Below, piece by piece: positions 50,953 through 62,443 of a stretch of DNA of 64,000 nt. The translations under genes were made by a program, and so were the position numbers. Source of the stretch: Candidatus Woesearchaeota archaeon. GTDB taxonomy: Archaea > Nanobdellota > Nanobdellia > Woesearchaeales > JAZDKJ01. The notes under the pieces are model-generated. The model had not been told where the DNA came from, made no database searches, and saw only the letters and a list, made by a program, of their open reading frames with translations. Each line of letters begins with the position of its first letter. The first letter of the stretch is position 1. The DNA lies in NCBI GenBank assembly GCA_043803105.1, contig JAZDKJ010000008.1, positions 96,001 through 160,000 of the forward strand, given 5' to 3'.

Positions 50953-51318
50953 TTATTTTTTTTTCTTGTACCAACCTAAGGCAAAGAGGATTCCTATAAG
51001 AAAGGCTGGCCCGGCAATGGTTACAGACCATGAAAGCATGTACCATTCAAACTGGGGATTCATGAGCAACATGACAATGTAGAAGAGACCTGCCAGCATA
51101 AAAGCAATTGCTCCCACAATCTCATACTTCCAGGAAACGATAAGGATAGCGAGCAGGAACAAGGTCGGAATATTGTGCATAAACAATCCAAGCACAATTT
51201 GCCAGAAGCTCAATCCTGGAGAAAAAACATCCAATGAGAACATTGCCAGAAATAGAATAAATACTATTGACAAGATTCTTGGGGTCCAGTAAAGGTATTT
51301 GCTGACTTTAGGCTTCAT
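50953..51318 (-). CDS. membrane protein
   Basis: WTPRILSI...FSLDVF...HNIP; four TM segments. Confidence 0.75.
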   Translation of the reverse strand: MKPKVSKYLYWTPRILSIVFILFLAMFSLDVFSPGLSFWQIVLGLFMHNIPTLFLLAILIVSWKYEIVGAIAFMLAGLFYIVMLLMNPQFEWYMLSWSVTIAGPAFLIGILFALGWYKKKK

Positions 51319-51410
51319 ACATGCGTATTGCAGGGCTGGGTTTAAATAAATTGTTATTTGTTGGTTGCGTACACAAAATAATATAAGTTACACCTCATTT
51401 CTCCAAGAAC

Positions 51411-51740
51411 ATGGAAAATATCTATATGACTGTAAAAAGCGCCCTGGAGGCAAGAGATGGATTATTGTACAAATCGATTGTCTCAGGGCAGGATTTTCTG
51501 CATTATGATGCTGAATGCCTGCTTCAATACATAGCCGAACAAATATTACGGAATGGGAAAAAATATGTTGTGTTCAGAAATAATATCCCTTCCGAGGAAA
51601 CAGCATTAAGAGAGACTCTTGACGACTTAGTTCGTGGCCACAATATGGCACTGAAATTGGGATGTAAAGGAGAGGTTAAGGGACGAAAAGAGGCAAGAAG
51701 AGTCCTAAAAATGGCATCTTGTTACAAACACAAGGTCTGA
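51411..51740 (+). CDS. hypothetical protein
   Basis: 109-aa ORF with upstream TATA-like box. Confidence 0.5.
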   Translation: MENIYMTVKSALEARDGLLYKSIVSGQDFLHYDAECLLQYIAEQILRNGKKYVVFRNNIPSEETALRETLDDLVRGHNMALKLGCKGEVKGRKEARRVLKMASCYKHKV

Positions 51741-51767
51741 TTATTTTTCTCGAAGGTTATGGCACAA

Positions 51768-52580
51768 TCATAACTTTGATAACAGCACCTTTCCAAGTTC
51801 AGGAGTAGAGGCAGCAATAATAGAATACATTGCATCAAAATCGTATTTTACTCTGTCTAACGGATTTGCGTTTAAATCTGTCAAGAAACCCCCTGCTTCT
51901 TTGATCAACAAATAGCCTGCTCCAAGCTCATGGGCTTTTTGTGAAGGACTTAGATAAGCGTCAAATAAACCACTACTCACTCCGGCCAAATGCAAAGCTG
52001 CAGAGCCAAAATCCTTTACCCAGGAATCCGGATAAATTTTTAGCAATTTTGAAATTTCGCCAGCACCTGCATAGTGATCAATAATCACTAATGTTCTCCT
52101 ATCAAGATTTTTTCTGCCAGATGTGGTTACTCTCAAACCATTCAAATAGCATCCGCCATCTCTTACTGCATGCCATAAATTTTTGGAATTATGCTCTATT
52201 ATGCCACCTACCAGCGCATCTTCGAACTTTGGTTCAAGCGAATCAAATATAGTAACAACCGTGCAGTATGGCAGCATGCCCCTACCTCGGTGATAATTAT
52301 CTGTTCCATCTATGTCATCAAAGGTAATTGTGTATTTGGGGTTTTTAGTAAGTTCGATGCGTCCAGACTCTTCGCTGTAAAGCACCGCCGGAATTCTTTG
52401 TTCTTCAAGAAATCTTGCTAAGGTTTTAGAAACAGCCATATCCCCTTTGGTGGAGATATCTGTAACATGTGCATCATGGACTTCATTGATACCTTGGTCA
52501 CTAAGGGCTTCCAATACGGAATGTGCTTTTTGCAAACCATTTTTGCAAAGTTGCGTCAATTGTTCAGTATTCCAATCCAT
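51768..52580 (-). CDS. inositol monophosphatase/FBPase family
   Basis: SEESG, DDIDGTDNY, FGSAALHL, AGYLLIKEAGG. Confidence 0.88.
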   Translation of the reverse strand: MDWNTEQLTQLCKNGLQKAHSVLEALSDQGINEVHDAHVTDISTKGDMAVSKTLARFLEEQRIPAVLYSEESGRIELTKNPKYTITFDDIDGTDNYHRGRGMLPYCTVVTIFDSLEPKFEDALVGGIIEHNSKNLWHAVRDGGCYLNGLRVTTSGRKNLDRRTLVIIDHYAGAGEISKLLKIYPDSWVKDFGSAALHLAGVSSGLFDAYLSPSQKAHELGAGYLLIKEAGGFLTDLNANPLDRVKYDFDAMYSIIAASTPELGKVLLSKL

Positions 52581-52687
52581 AACCTAAAAGAATTCAATAA
52601 ACTACTTAAGTCTTTTCCGAACCCGTTTATTGCTTCAAAAGAGCGACAGTAATACTTTAAAAACAAGAATATAATGGCAAATAAAGA

Positions 52688-52954
52688 TTACATCTCCAAA
52701 TAGAAAGTTTTCTGATCCTTAGAAGTAATTTTTATGCCTTGAAATAGATGTTCATAAGGCTTTCCGCTCTCCAACTTTACCGAAAACATGCCATCCTTAA
52801 TGAATCGTCCTGTCCAATATCGAAGTTCGTTTCCAGAAAGTTCAATACTGAGGTACTTAATGATTAATCGATTTGTTCCGTTCCTGTTACCACTCTGGCT
52901 AGAGATAAATGTTATGCTATGCTTTCCATCAACTAGTTCATAGGTATTAGCCAT
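52688..52954 (-). CDS. hypothetical protein
   Basis: AGGTGA SD upstream; 88 aa. Confidence 0.5.
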   Translation of the reverse strand: MANTYELVDGKHSITFISSQSGNRNGTNRLIIKYLSIELSGNELRYWTGRFIKDGMFSVKLESGKPYEHLFQGIKITSKDQKTFYLEM

Positions 52955-53086
52955 TTATATCACCTTTGCTTATCACATGAGTATCATAATTAAATCTTTC
53001 TATTCTAAGGCTGGCGTCAAATTCTTAGGGTCTTTGAGAGCCAAACCTAGAAAGGTTTTTAAAACAAAGCACTTTTGCAGTCCCAA

Positions 53087-53188
53087 ATGAAAAGAAGCTC
53101 GAGACGCTGGAAGAAGAAGCGGCAGATGCGCTGGAAATGGCAGAGAAAGCGCATGAATAAAGAGAAAAGGCGAAGGGCAGCCAAGTAG
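53087..53188 (+). CDS. rpl41e: ribosomal protein eL41 (eS32), 33 aa, not in ORF track
   Basis: MKRSSRRWKKKRQMRWKWQRKRMNKEKRRRAAK, the archaeal long form containing the MRWKW core. Confidence 0.88.
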   Translation: MKRSSRRWKKKRQMRWKWQRKRMNKEKRRRAAK

Positions 53189-53257
53189 ACCTAGTTTCTA
53201 GAACAATTGCATTGCACATCAGAAATACTTTTAAAAGCTGGAGGAACAACATCTGGA

Positions 53258-53809
53258 ATGAACACCGAACAAATAAACAGGACATTAGAAGAAGAATTTA
53301 GAGCACGAAACAGCGGCAACGGACGATTTTTCATGCCTGAGCAAATCTTTTGTAGGGCATACTTCACCATATCACCACAAGAAAAACCAGTGAAACTGGA
53401 CACAGGGATATGCGGCCTTGTGCAAATAGTTGATGGTTCAAAATCAAACAGAAAAACGAACAACCAATGCAATCTGCTGGTTATACAGCAACAATATGCA
53501 CCTATAACAGACAGGTTTGTCGGGACTGACTTTGATATCGAGCGGTATTCAAGCAACTGGCACAAGCAGCTCGGAGCAGCTGAATGCGTGCTGGCAATAT
53601 GGCCAGGAAAAGAGTTAAGAACTCATGGGAATCTGCTGGTGAGGACCGACAAAAACCAGGTGACCGACGTTGCAGCAAACTTCACAACAAAGCAATTGTG
53701 CGGAAAGGGTTGCGAGGATGATATCAATGCACTACCTGGAATGCCCATACACTATGCAATCCCTGCAGTTGTTGAGATCTATCTGAAATGTGTCAATGGG
53801 CATAAGTGA
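53258..53809 (+). CDS. hypothetical protein
   Basis: ORF downstream of eL41. Confidence 0.5.
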   Translation: MNTEQINRTLEEEFRARNSGNGRFFMPEQIFCRAYFTISPQEKPVKLDTGICGLVQIVDGSKSNRKTNNQCNLLVIQQQYAPITDRFVGTDFDIERYSSNWHKQLGAAECVLAIWPGKELRTHGNLLVRTDKNQVTDVAANFTTKQLCGKGCEDDINALPGMPIHYAIPAVVEIYLKCVNGHK

Positions 53810-54048
53810 AACTGATTAAATCATAAAATCTAATGTTTTTTCTTCCGCAAAATTTATTAAGTTGAGGCACTATTTTGTACGTAAACGGACAGGGAATTTA
53901 GTGATTTCTTGGTTGTTGAGATATTTAAAGTGCTTTCACACGGTATTTCCCCGATAGATTTATAAATAACCCATAAATCCAAAGTGATGCTTCGAAATCG
54001 CCTCCATTTTTCTTGTCAACGTGACTACTCAAATCGAATTTGAGTACG

Positions 54049-54082
54049 AGAGAGTAACTCTGAATTGTGCTTGAGAGCCAAT
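54049..54082 (+). other. 5' strand of 16S pre-rRNA processing stem
   Basis: AGAGAGTAACTCTGAATTGTGCTTGAGA pairs with TCTCAAGAAGTTTAGGGTTACTCTCT (~56592-56617), with bulges (BHB-like). Confidence 0.75.
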
Positions 54083-54830
54083 TTCCAATTGCGACCGAAA
54101 AATAATACCCGTTGATCCTGCGGGAGGTTGCTGCTATTAGGGTTCGACTAAGCCATGCAAGTCCTGGCCTCGCAAGAGACCGGCAAACTGCTCAGTAACA
54201 CGTTGATAACCTACCTTAAGGTTCGGGATAACCTTGGAAAACTGAGGACAACACCGGATATGGGTTAAATTCTGGAACGATTTTACCTTGAAACGCAAGG
54301 CCTTAAGATGGGTCAGCGGCGGATTAGGTAGTTGGTGGGGTAACGGCCCACCAAGCCGAAGATCCGTAGGGGCCATGAAAGTGGGAGCCCCGAGAAGGAC
54401 ACTGAGATACAGGTCCTAGCCCCACGGGGTGCAGCAGGCGCGAAAATTCTACAATGCACGAAAGTGTGATAGAGGAACCCTAAGTGCTTTACTTTGTAAG
54501 GCTTTTGCCAAGTGTAAAAAGCTTGGCGAATAAGTGGTGGGCAAGACTGGTGCCAGCCGCCGCGGTAACACCAGCGCCACTAGTGGGAGCCACATTTATT
54601 TGGCCTAAAGCGTTCGTAGCCGGTTCAGTAAATCCTTTGTGAAATCATTGCGCTTAACGCAATGGCTGGCGAAGGACACTTCTGAACTAGGAACCGGGAG
54701 GAGTCAGAGGTATGGGTAGGGGAGCGGTAAAATGCTATAATCCTGCTTAGACCACCTGTGGCGTAGGCGTCTGACTAGAACGGATTCGACGGTGAGGGAC
54801 GAAAGCTAGGGGAGCGATCCGGATTAGATA

Positions 54831-54982
54831 CAGCTTTTTTTGGTCGAGCGAACCTCGACACAAAAAAACCTGGGAAAATGTATACACTCAAGTGCCATCT
54901 TCGATGGCACGGACTAGTAGATCGCAAAAATCTGCTGCTAGTCGAGAAAACCAGGTTCATCATCATAAAAAGCTGCTAATGA
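54831..54982 (+). other. 16S intron 1 (~E. coli 793/794), ORF-less, structured
   Basis: Splits GGATTAGATA|CCCGAGTAGTCC; terminal stem CAGCTTTTT/AAAAAGCTG. Confidence 0.88.
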
Positions 54983-55068
54983 CCCGAGTAGTCCTAGCTG
55001 TAAACGCTGTGAGTTAGGTGTTGCGTATTCCTCGTGAATACGCAGTGTCGTAGTGAAGACGTTAAACT

Positions 55069-55100
<32 letters not shown>

Positions 55101-55133
55101 TGCTGAAGAGCGGAAAGTTTCTTCGGACAGTAT
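55101..55133 (+). other. 16S intron 2 (~908), short hairpin
   Basis: Splits GACTGAA|ACTTAAAGGAATT. Confidence 0.85.
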
Positions 55134-55298
55134 ACTTAAAGGAATTGGCGGGGGAGCACTACAAGGGGTGCGGCGTGCGGTTTAATCTAACTCAACGCAG
55201 AGAATCTCACCAGGAGCGACGGCAGAATGAAAGTCAGTCTTAAGGGCTTACTTGACGAGCCGAGAGGTAGTGCATGGCCGTCGTCAGCTCGTGCCGTG

Positions 55299-55326
55299 TA
55301 ACTTTTGGAACACAAAAGTTCGGCAA
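55299..55326 (+). other. 16S intron 3 (~1079), short hairpin
   Basis: Splits GTGCCGTG|AGGTGTCC; AACTTTTG/CAAAAGTT stem. Confidence 0.85.
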
Positions 55327-55623
55327 AGGTGTCCTGTTAAGTCAGGCAACGAGCGAGACCTGTGCTCATACTTGCCAGCAACTCAGCAATGAGGATTGGG
55401 TACATTATGAGAACTGCCCTGGAAACAGGGAGGAAGGCGCAGGCTACGGTAGGTCTGTATGCTCCGAATCTTCTGGGCAACACGCGCGCAACAATGGTAG
55501 GGACAATGGGATACAACTCCGAAAGGAGAAGTTAAACCTCTAAACCCTACCCTAGTACAGATCGAGGATTGTAACTCATCCTCGTGACGCTGGAATCCCT
55601 AGTAATCGGGTGTTATCATCGCC

Positions 55624-56448
<825 letters not shown>

Positions 56449-56536
56449 GCCCGTCAAACCACTCGAGCAGGGTTTAGGTGAGCATCAATTTTTTGATTGC
56501 TGCGAATCTAAGCCCAGTGAGATGGGTTAAGTCGTC

Positions 56537-56579
<43 letters not shown>

Positions 56580-56630
56580 TTTTTATTATTGTCTCAAGAA
56601 GTTTAGGGTTACTCTCTTTTCATTATCACA

Positions 56631-56778
56631 GGGCCCGTAGCTCAGCGGTACTTTTCGCGCGAAAGAGCACCGCCCCTGCACACGCTGGAACCCAGTTCTG
56701 CTGGGTCCAAACCGGCGTTTGGACAGGCGGTGGCCTCGGGTTCAAACAGCAGATTGCTGGAAAATCCCGACGGGTCCA
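56631..56778 (+). tRNA. tRNA-Ala(TGC) in the ITS with three introns (~56651-56664, 56681-56724, 56747-56764)
   Basis: GGGCCCG/CGGGTCC+A, GCTC/GAGC, CCGCC/GGCGG, TCGGG-TTCAAAT-CCCGA. Confidence 0.88.
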
Positions 56779-58837
56779 TTCAAACTCACACACAAATGAG
56801 AAACAAAGTCCACATGTGAAACATGCGGACTGGCTGGCTTAGATTTAACAATCAATGATGCCGTGCACTGTAAACAATTGGAAATCAAAGCTATTAGGTG
56901 GATGACTTGGTTCTGAACGCTGATGAAGGATGTGACAAGCAGCATTATGCTCCGGCGAACCGCATGTAGGTTTTGAACCGGAGATTTCCGAATCTGACTT
57001 CAGCATAGAATCCGTAAGGATGGGGAACGCAGGGAATTGAAACATCTTAGTACCTGCAGGAAAAGAAATCAATCGAGATGCCGTTATTATCAGCGAGAGA
57101 AAGCGGCGTAAGGCAAACTGAATCCCGCCAGGTAACTGGAGGGAGATGTGGTGTTATAAGACCACTGGTATTCCAAGCTGGGGAACTCGAAGTTCCTTGG
57201 AACAGGACGCTGTAGAGGGTGACAGCCCCGTACAGGCAACTCAGCTGGATTAAGGTGGTATCTTGAGTACTGTTTACTTGATACTAAACAGGAATTTGGG
57301 AGTCATCAACTTCCAACCTTAAATACGTTCAGAGTCCGATAGCGCACAAGTACCGTGAGGGAAAGTTGAAAAGAACCCTTGACAGGGAGTTAAAAGATCC
57401 TGAAACCTAATAGCGATAGTGGGGTACTGCTCTTAGGAGTTGTACCGTGCGTTTTGAATAACGTACCAGGGAGTTTATTTATGTGGCGAGGATAAGTCTA
57501 ACGACGGATCCAAAGCGAAAGCAACAAGCTCGCAAGCAATCAGGAGCGCCGTATGAAAGTGCGGGGAGTCACATGAATATGACCCGAAGCCAGATGAACT
57601 AGCCGTGGGTAAGGTGAAGCGCGGGTAAAACTGCGTGGAGGCCTGCAGAGGTTCTACGAGCAAGTGTTCTTCTAACCTGTGGCTAGGGGTGAAAAGCCAA
57701 TCGAATCTGGTGATAGCTGGTTCCTGCCGAAGTTGGCCGCAGTCAAGCCTCAGATGAGGGTGCGGTATTTGTAGAGGTACGGATTAGGGATTTAGGGCTC
57801 GAAAGGGCTCGGTCTCTCGTCCAACTCCAAATGATACCGCCCCGTAGACGCTGAGAGACGGGGGTCCGGGGTAAGCTTGGATCCCGAAAGGGGAACAACC
57901 CAGACTGCAGTTAAGGCCCCAAAATACTGACTAAGTGTGAAAGGGTGAAGAGTGTCCTAAGCCTAAGACAGCGAGGAGGTTGGCTCAGAAGCAGCCACCC
58001 TTTAAAAAGTGCGTAACAGCTTACTCGTCAAGGTTTAGGGCCTTGAAGATGGACGGGACTAAGTCAGTTGCCGATACTGCAGACATTCTTCGGAATTGTG
58101 ATAGGCAGGCGTTCTGTTTGGGAAGAATCATTTCCACAAGGAGATGAGGACCGAACAGAAATGAAAATCCTGGTAAAAGTAGGAACAGAGTAGAGTAAGA
58201 ACCTCTACCGCCGAAAGGGCAAGGGTTCCTTGACAATGCAGATCAGTCAAGGGTTAGTTGATCCTAACTAATTTCCTAATAGGAAACCATGAGGAAAGGG
58301 AAACCGGTTAATATTCCGGTACTGTCCGAGTATGCGCGGCAACGCAAGCCATGTTTCCGACGCTTCCGGTTAGGCCAACACAGCTCGTCTGCTGTGCTAA
58401 CCAACATATATCAAGGGAGTATTGTCATGATGAGAACTTGATAAAAGGAGGGAATGGTCTCTCGTATGAGGGATTTGGTCGAGACCAGGAGCCCGTGAAA
58501 AGGGAATGTGGAAAAATCTTGGATAATCATACCCAGAACCAGCACAGGTGCCCCTAGGTAAGTAGCCTAAGGCGTGAAGGTGTAATCTAACTGAGGGAAC
58601 TCGGCAAATTAGCCCCGTGCCTTCGGTATAAGGGGTCCCTGCCACGGTGTCTGTATAGATGCCATGACAGGGCGCAGTAACAAGGTAGGTCCGACTGTTT
58701 AACAAAAACGTAACTGTCTGCCAGCCCGCAAGGGTGAGTATAGGCGGTGACGTCTGCCCAGTGCCAGTACTTGAAATTTGGGTTCAACCAATATAAGAGC
58801 TGGTAAACGGCGGGAGTAACTATAACTCTCTTAAGGT

Positions 58838-59128
58838 AAGCACAAAGTTGCCTTAACAAAATTTGGCTAAATGCTGGAAAGTCTTGTAGAAGCAGAATAG
58901 GATAACATTGTGGCAACATAATGTCGAACCCTGAAAATTTCTGTGGAAAGACAATCAGCAGGAAAGATTTCTCAAATCGAGAAAAATCCTCAGAGACTAT
59001 ACGCCAAACGCTTCCGATGGGAGCGAAGATATAGTCCGACCCTACAAGCGATTGTAGGAGACGCAGCAGAAATGTGCGTCCGCCATTTAAAATGGTCAGT
59101 ACCTGAAAACAGGGAAGCAACAGACGTG
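58838..59128 (+). mobile_element. ORF-less group I intron in 23S (~L1931)
   Basis: AAGGT|...G|AGCGAAAT; P1 TTAAGGT/GCCTTAA; AAATGCTGGAAA (P), AATCAGCAGG (Q), TCAGAGACTATA (R), AAGATATAGTCC (S). Confidence 0.92.
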
Positions 59129-59459
59129 AGCGAAATGCCTTGTCGTTTGAATGACGACCCGCATGAAGGGCGTAACGAGATCTACACTGTCCCCAGTTAG
59201 AATCCTCCGAAAACTCTTTTCCGGTGCAAAAGCCGGAGATTTCCAGTGGGAAGTGAAGACCCCGTGAAACTTTACTGTAGCCTGTAGCTGTGATACGAGT
59301 TTTGCTGTATAGCGTAAGTGGGAGTCGCCAAAGCTGAGACGCCAGTCTTAGTGTAGACGAAAGTGTAACACCACTCTGTGGAACTTGTATTGCTTACTTG
59401 GAAACAAAGACAACTACTGGTGGACAGTTTGGCTGGGGTGGCACCCTGTTGAAAAGATA

Positions 59460-59502
59460 ACTAGGTCTCACTTCTCAACAGCAGTGAGACCCAGACTTTA
59501 GA
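59460..59502 (+). other. 23S short hairpin intron (~2270)
   Basis: Splits GAAAAGATA|TCAACAGGG; GGTCTCAC/GTGAGACC stem. Confidence 0.8.
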
Positions 59503-59709
59503 TCAACAGGGCCCAACGGTTGGCTCAACCCGGTCAGAAATCGGGTGTGGAGTGCAAGAGCAAAAGCCAGCCTGATTGGATTTTGACCAATAAAAAATCC
59601 AAACGCGAAAGCGTGGTCTAGCGAACCTCAATGCCTCCTTGATTGGGGCTTGAGATGACAGAAAAGTTACTCCGGGGATAACAGAGTTGTCGCGCCCGAG
59701 AGCTCACAT

Positions 59710-59734
59710 GCGCCATTAAAGCGCACGAGCAGAT
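59710..59734 (+). other. 23S short intron (~2478)
   Basis: Splits AGAGCTCACAT|CGACGG; TGCGC/GCGCA stem. Confidence 0.75.
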
Positions 59735-60225
59735 CGACGGCGCGGCTTGCTACATCGATGTCGGCTCTTCCTATCCTGGCCGTGCAGCAGCGGCCAAGGG
59801 TGGGGGTGTTCACCCATTAAAAGGGATCGTGAGCTGGGTTCAGAACGCTGTGAGGCAGTTTGTTTGATATCTACTGGATGTGTTGCGTGTCTGAGGGGAA
59901 GGACCACTTAGTACGAGAGGAACGGTGGCTCGACGCCTCTGGTCTAACGGTTATCCGGCAGGGTACGCCGTGCAGCTACGCGTTACGGGGATAAGTGCTG
60001 AAAGCATCTAAGCACGAAGCCCTCCTCGAAAAGAGACACGAGGACTCCCATAGAAGATGGGGTTGATGGGACGGGGATGTACGCACCAAGCTTCGGCGAG
60101 GTGTTCAGTCCGCCGTTACCAATTGTCCGTACTACACAGTCTAGTCTTTTCGCGACGTCTTTGCTTCCTCTGTACGGTCTTCCTTGATACTTTTCTTATC
60201 ATCGAAGACGAACTAGCGAGAGCGT

Positions 60226-60329
60226 TGCTGTGTTGCCTTGGAGCAAAATCAGATTTTGACCCGATTCATGCAGGGTCAAAATCGCAATATCTCGGACCGG
60301 AGGGAGAACAAAATCTCCGCAACACAGCA
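60226..60329 (-). repeat. structured repeat, copy 1
   Basis: 53-bp core 60236-60288 is the exact reverse complement of 63502-63554. Confidence 0.9.
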
Positions 60330-60452
60330 GGAAAAGGATTTCTATGAGAACTAATAATTCTTCTATTCTTCTCGAAAAATATTTCTTAGAACTAAAAAAT
60401 CTCCAAACTGCCTCACAGAACGTTAATTAAGGAGAAACGCAGCTCACAATCC

Positions 60453-60863
60453 ATGGGTCGCGACTTCAAGAAGCTGGAGATCTGGACGCAGGCGTACAAC
60501 CTCGTCATGGACATCTATCCGCTGCTGGAATCGTATCCGGAGTACGAGCACCGGAACATCGTCGACCAGATCCGGCGCGCAGTCACGAGCTTGCCGATGA
60601 ACATCGCCGAAGGCGCTGGCTCGCACTCGAACAAAGTCTTCTTGACCTATCTCGGCTACGCCTACAAGTCTGCGAAGGAATTGGACGTTTTGCTTCTCCT
60701 CTCGCGGGATCTCGGCTATCTCGCCGAGGACGTCTACGACTTCCTCCAGAAGAAGCTCGAGGAGTTCAAAGCGAGATTGTACAAGTTCATGATGAAGGTC
60801 GAGCAGGAAGTTGTCGAAGGACAGCAATCGAAAGCTAAAAATCTTTATAAACACGCGTTCTAA
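60453..60863 (+). CDS. four-helix bundle protein (23S rRNA IVP/S23 family)
   Basis: FKKLEIW...DQIRRAVTSLPMNIAEG...SAKELD. Confidence 0.9.
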   Translation: MGRDFKKLEIWTQAYNLVMDIYPLLESYPEYEHRNIVDQIRRAVTSLPMNIAEGAGSHSNKVFLTYLGYAYKSAKELDVLLLLSRDLGYLAEDVYDFLQKKLEEFKARLYKFMMKVEQEVVEGQQSKAKNLYKHAF

Positions 60864-60907
60864 AATTGCTCCTGATGTTTTACGAGAACAGTTCGAGGTT
60901 GCCATAG

Positions 60908-62392
60908 ATGGAGCTCGACGAAGCGATGCAGATACTTGTCAATCTCGGCTTGCCGGAGGCCTACGACCCGAAGAGTTGGCATTGGGTCGTCGATGAGAAG
61001 ACGGGGTGGTTCGTCCATAAACATCGGCCTGGGAATGTAGAGATGGAGCACATCCGTTTCATCCGTGAGAAGCTCTCTTCCGAGGAACGAAATAAACTTG
61101 ATGAAGCGCTTTTCGTTCTAGTCCATGAGTGGCGAGATATCAAGCACGATGATTATCGGCGTGCAGTCGGCGCGATAGAACTCTTCTTTGGTCAACGTGG
61201 TGAACCAACATTCATCAAAAACGATGAGAACCAATTGATTGAGGTCGTAATGAAAAAAGTCATCGACATAAATCTTCCCGGCACAGGCATACAAGGATTG
61301 CTTATATTGGAAGATGGCGGTGTGTTTTCTCGTTACGCAATAGCTCGTGGTGAGATACGAATATCCGCACTCAAGATTGCTTTGAACAGGGGGTTGGGCG
61401 GTCATTTCAATGTCATAGGACGTTCAGTTATGGGATTGAACTATGATCACGAGAAAACGACCGATTACGGAAAGATTGTATCTAAAGTTTCCGACGCGAT
61501 GTACTCGACAGGCTTAGTGGTGGTTTTTGATACTGACATAGTTTTACGTCATATGCTTGAATATGGGGGGAGAATAAACATTATGAATTTGTATCCTCCC
61601 AGCGATGACCACTATAATCTTTACCCCTCCACGTGGAAAGAATTGGATTATGCATGCGATAATGGAGGTTATGATGTTCGTTATGACACGGAGGTGATGT
61701 ATAGATTACCTGTTGAATCATTTAAAGGAATAGTTCTGAGCATGGGGAAGCTCATGATTCCACCCGGGCAATTACCTAAAGTTGAACAAATAGACAGATT
61801 GTTTCGATTGATTATCGAAGATTTCAAACCATGTTGTACTCTCATAAGTGCCATGATACAGGATTACGAGCGACTAGGTAAACAAATCAAGAATGGTCCA
61901 TCACGCTATGAATTCTACGATCACCATGTGACCGAAGAAGACTCAATCAGGTTTATGTTCTATGAATCTGTTTCTAAATCAATACACGAATATTTTCTAA
62001 CGTTTCAATATTATCCTGATTGGTTTCCAGGTGTCGTGGAAAGAAGGAGGCTCTCTTATGAAAAGCTGGAGGAGTACTTGGTGGCCAACAATAACCTCCG
62101 AAAAGAATATAATATTTACAAGCTTGTCAAGCAATTCAACGCGCTAGAATTAGAGCTGTATAATAATCGCATTCTCCGATCGGGCCCCGGAAGAATAGAC
62201 TCCGTATTAACGGATGACATAACTGCCGAGGATGATCCGGAGATCGTGAATTTTTGGCTGCAAAAAATGGTCTCCGCCATGCTCGATAATGCGAAAGGCA
62301 ATCTAAAAAAAATATTCCCTATCTACGATATAAACGGCAACTTGCTCTGGCCGAAGCGCATACCCTATGAAGAGATTCGCCATCAAAAATGA
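60908..62392 (+). CDS. hypothetical protein
   Basis: 494-aa ORF, GAGGT SD; C-terminal PIYDINGNLLWP. Confidence 0.65.
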   Translation: MELDEAMQILVNLGLPEAYDPKSWHWVVDEKTGWFVHKHRPGNVEMEHIRFIREKLSSEERNKLDEALFVLVHEWRDIKHDDYRRAVGAIELFFGQRGEPTFIKNDENQLIEVVMKKVIDINLPGTGIQGLLILEDGGVFSRYAIARGEIRISALKIALNRGLGGHFNVIGRSVMGLNYDHEKTTDYGKIVSKVSDAMYSTGLVVVFDTDIVLRHMLEYGGRINIMNLYPPSDDHYNLYPSTWKELDYACDNGGYDVRYDTEVMYRLPVESFKGIVLSMGKLMIPPGQLPKVEQIDRLFRLIIEDFKPCCTLISAMIQDYERLGKQIKNGPSRYEFYDHHVTEEDSIRFMFYESVSKSIHEYFLTFQYYPDWFPGVVERRRLSYEKLEEYLVANNNLRKEYNIYKLVKQFNALELELYNNRILRSGPGRIDSVLTDDITAEDDPEIVNFWLQKMVSAMLDNAKGNLKKIFPIYDINGNLLWPKRIPYEEIRHQK

Positions 62393-62443
62393 AGGGCTCG
62401 TTGACTGCTATATTTTTAAAGGAACACTCGTTCTTTTTTTGTC

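Larger units (their letters stand above)
56880..60130 (+). rRNA. rrl: 23S rRNA with three introns (ends approximate)
   Basis: GAACATCTTAGTACC-like, GAGTAACTATAAC, GGGATAACAG, GCTGAAAGCATCTAAG conserved blocks. Confidence 0.95.

Noticed and set aside
60130-60450. 5S rRNA after 23S
   Set aside because: No 5S-like sequence recognised; the region holds the structured repeat instead.
60453-62392. Diversity-generating retroelement
   Set aside because: No reverse transcriptase or TR/VR pair in the window.
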